Below, in pieces: positions 63,634 through 64,000 of a DNA stretch of 64,000 bases. The notes beneath the pieces are model-generated. The model saw nothing but the letters and a program-made list of their open reading frames with translations, was not told the origin of the DNA and did not search any database. The stretch is from positions 26,908,001-26,972,000 of the forward strand of contig NC_045138.2 of the NCBI RefSeq assembly GCF_008831285.2. The letters run 5' to 3'. How positions within the stretch are numbered: the first letter of the stretch is position 1; the number at the start of each line of letters is the position of its first letter. The DNA comes from Nymphaea colorata (lineage: Eukaryota). The translations under genes and the position numbers were made by a program.

Positions 63634-64000
63634 CTGAAAGATGATGCAACTCATTAGAATGAAAGATGGACAATAGAATGCTAACATTAATGTACTTACT
63701 GTTGCTCAAATATTATTTGCAAAAGAGAGGAGAAAGGAGGAAGGATCTAGTAAAGTTCTTAAAGTAAAGTGAAGTAATCACGAGAAGTCCATAAACATAA
63801 TATCAATAATTTGTTACATGAGGTTAAGAGCAAAAGCAGTGATTGTGGATACATAAAGGGTACTAACTACTTGGGTATAGTTGCCAATTCCCCACCCTCC
63901 ACTAGCTAAACAATAACTAAAGCACATGGTAAATAGATTTACATATATTGGACCATGATTGCCTTGACACAATTATGGAAACAGTAGAAGTATCACATTT

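Noticed and set aside
1..64000. CRISPR array, prokaryotic defence system, rRNA or organellar insertion
   Set aside because: No regularly spaced repeat-spacer array, no operon-like ORF density, and no rRNA or plastid/mitochondrial gene sequence recognised. The repeats are microsatellites, two-copy duplications and MITEs.

Overview
Eukaryotic, intron-containing flowering-plant nuclear DNA: AT-rich, with GT-AG introns, microsatellites and MITE-like elements. TIR-NLR relics suggest a non-monocot lineage (inference; the species cannot be fixed from the sequence alone). Six apparently functional genes were reconstructed by hand. (1) The 5' part of a TMEM258/Ost5-type OST subunit gene (-). (2) An intronless DUF4408/DUF761 gene (+). 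(3) An intronless PAO5-clade polyamine oxidase (+). (4) A two-exon plastid DnaJ (J20-like) gene (-). (5) A 12-exon glyoxylate/succinic semialdehyde reductase GLYR2 (+). (6) The last five exons of MSI4/FVE (-). The ORF track hides several decayed genes: two divergent TIR-domain relics, a tandemly duplicated LRR-like segment, orphan beta-galactosidase fragments, and a five-exon cell-wall invertase (GH32) pseudogene with no recognisable catalytic N-terminal half. I found no CRISPR arrays, rRNA or convincing tRNA genes, and no clearly new biological system. The best leads are the TNL/BGAL relic region (about 3.6-14 kb) and the truncated invertase. All family assignments come from recognising motifs by eye; no database search was run.
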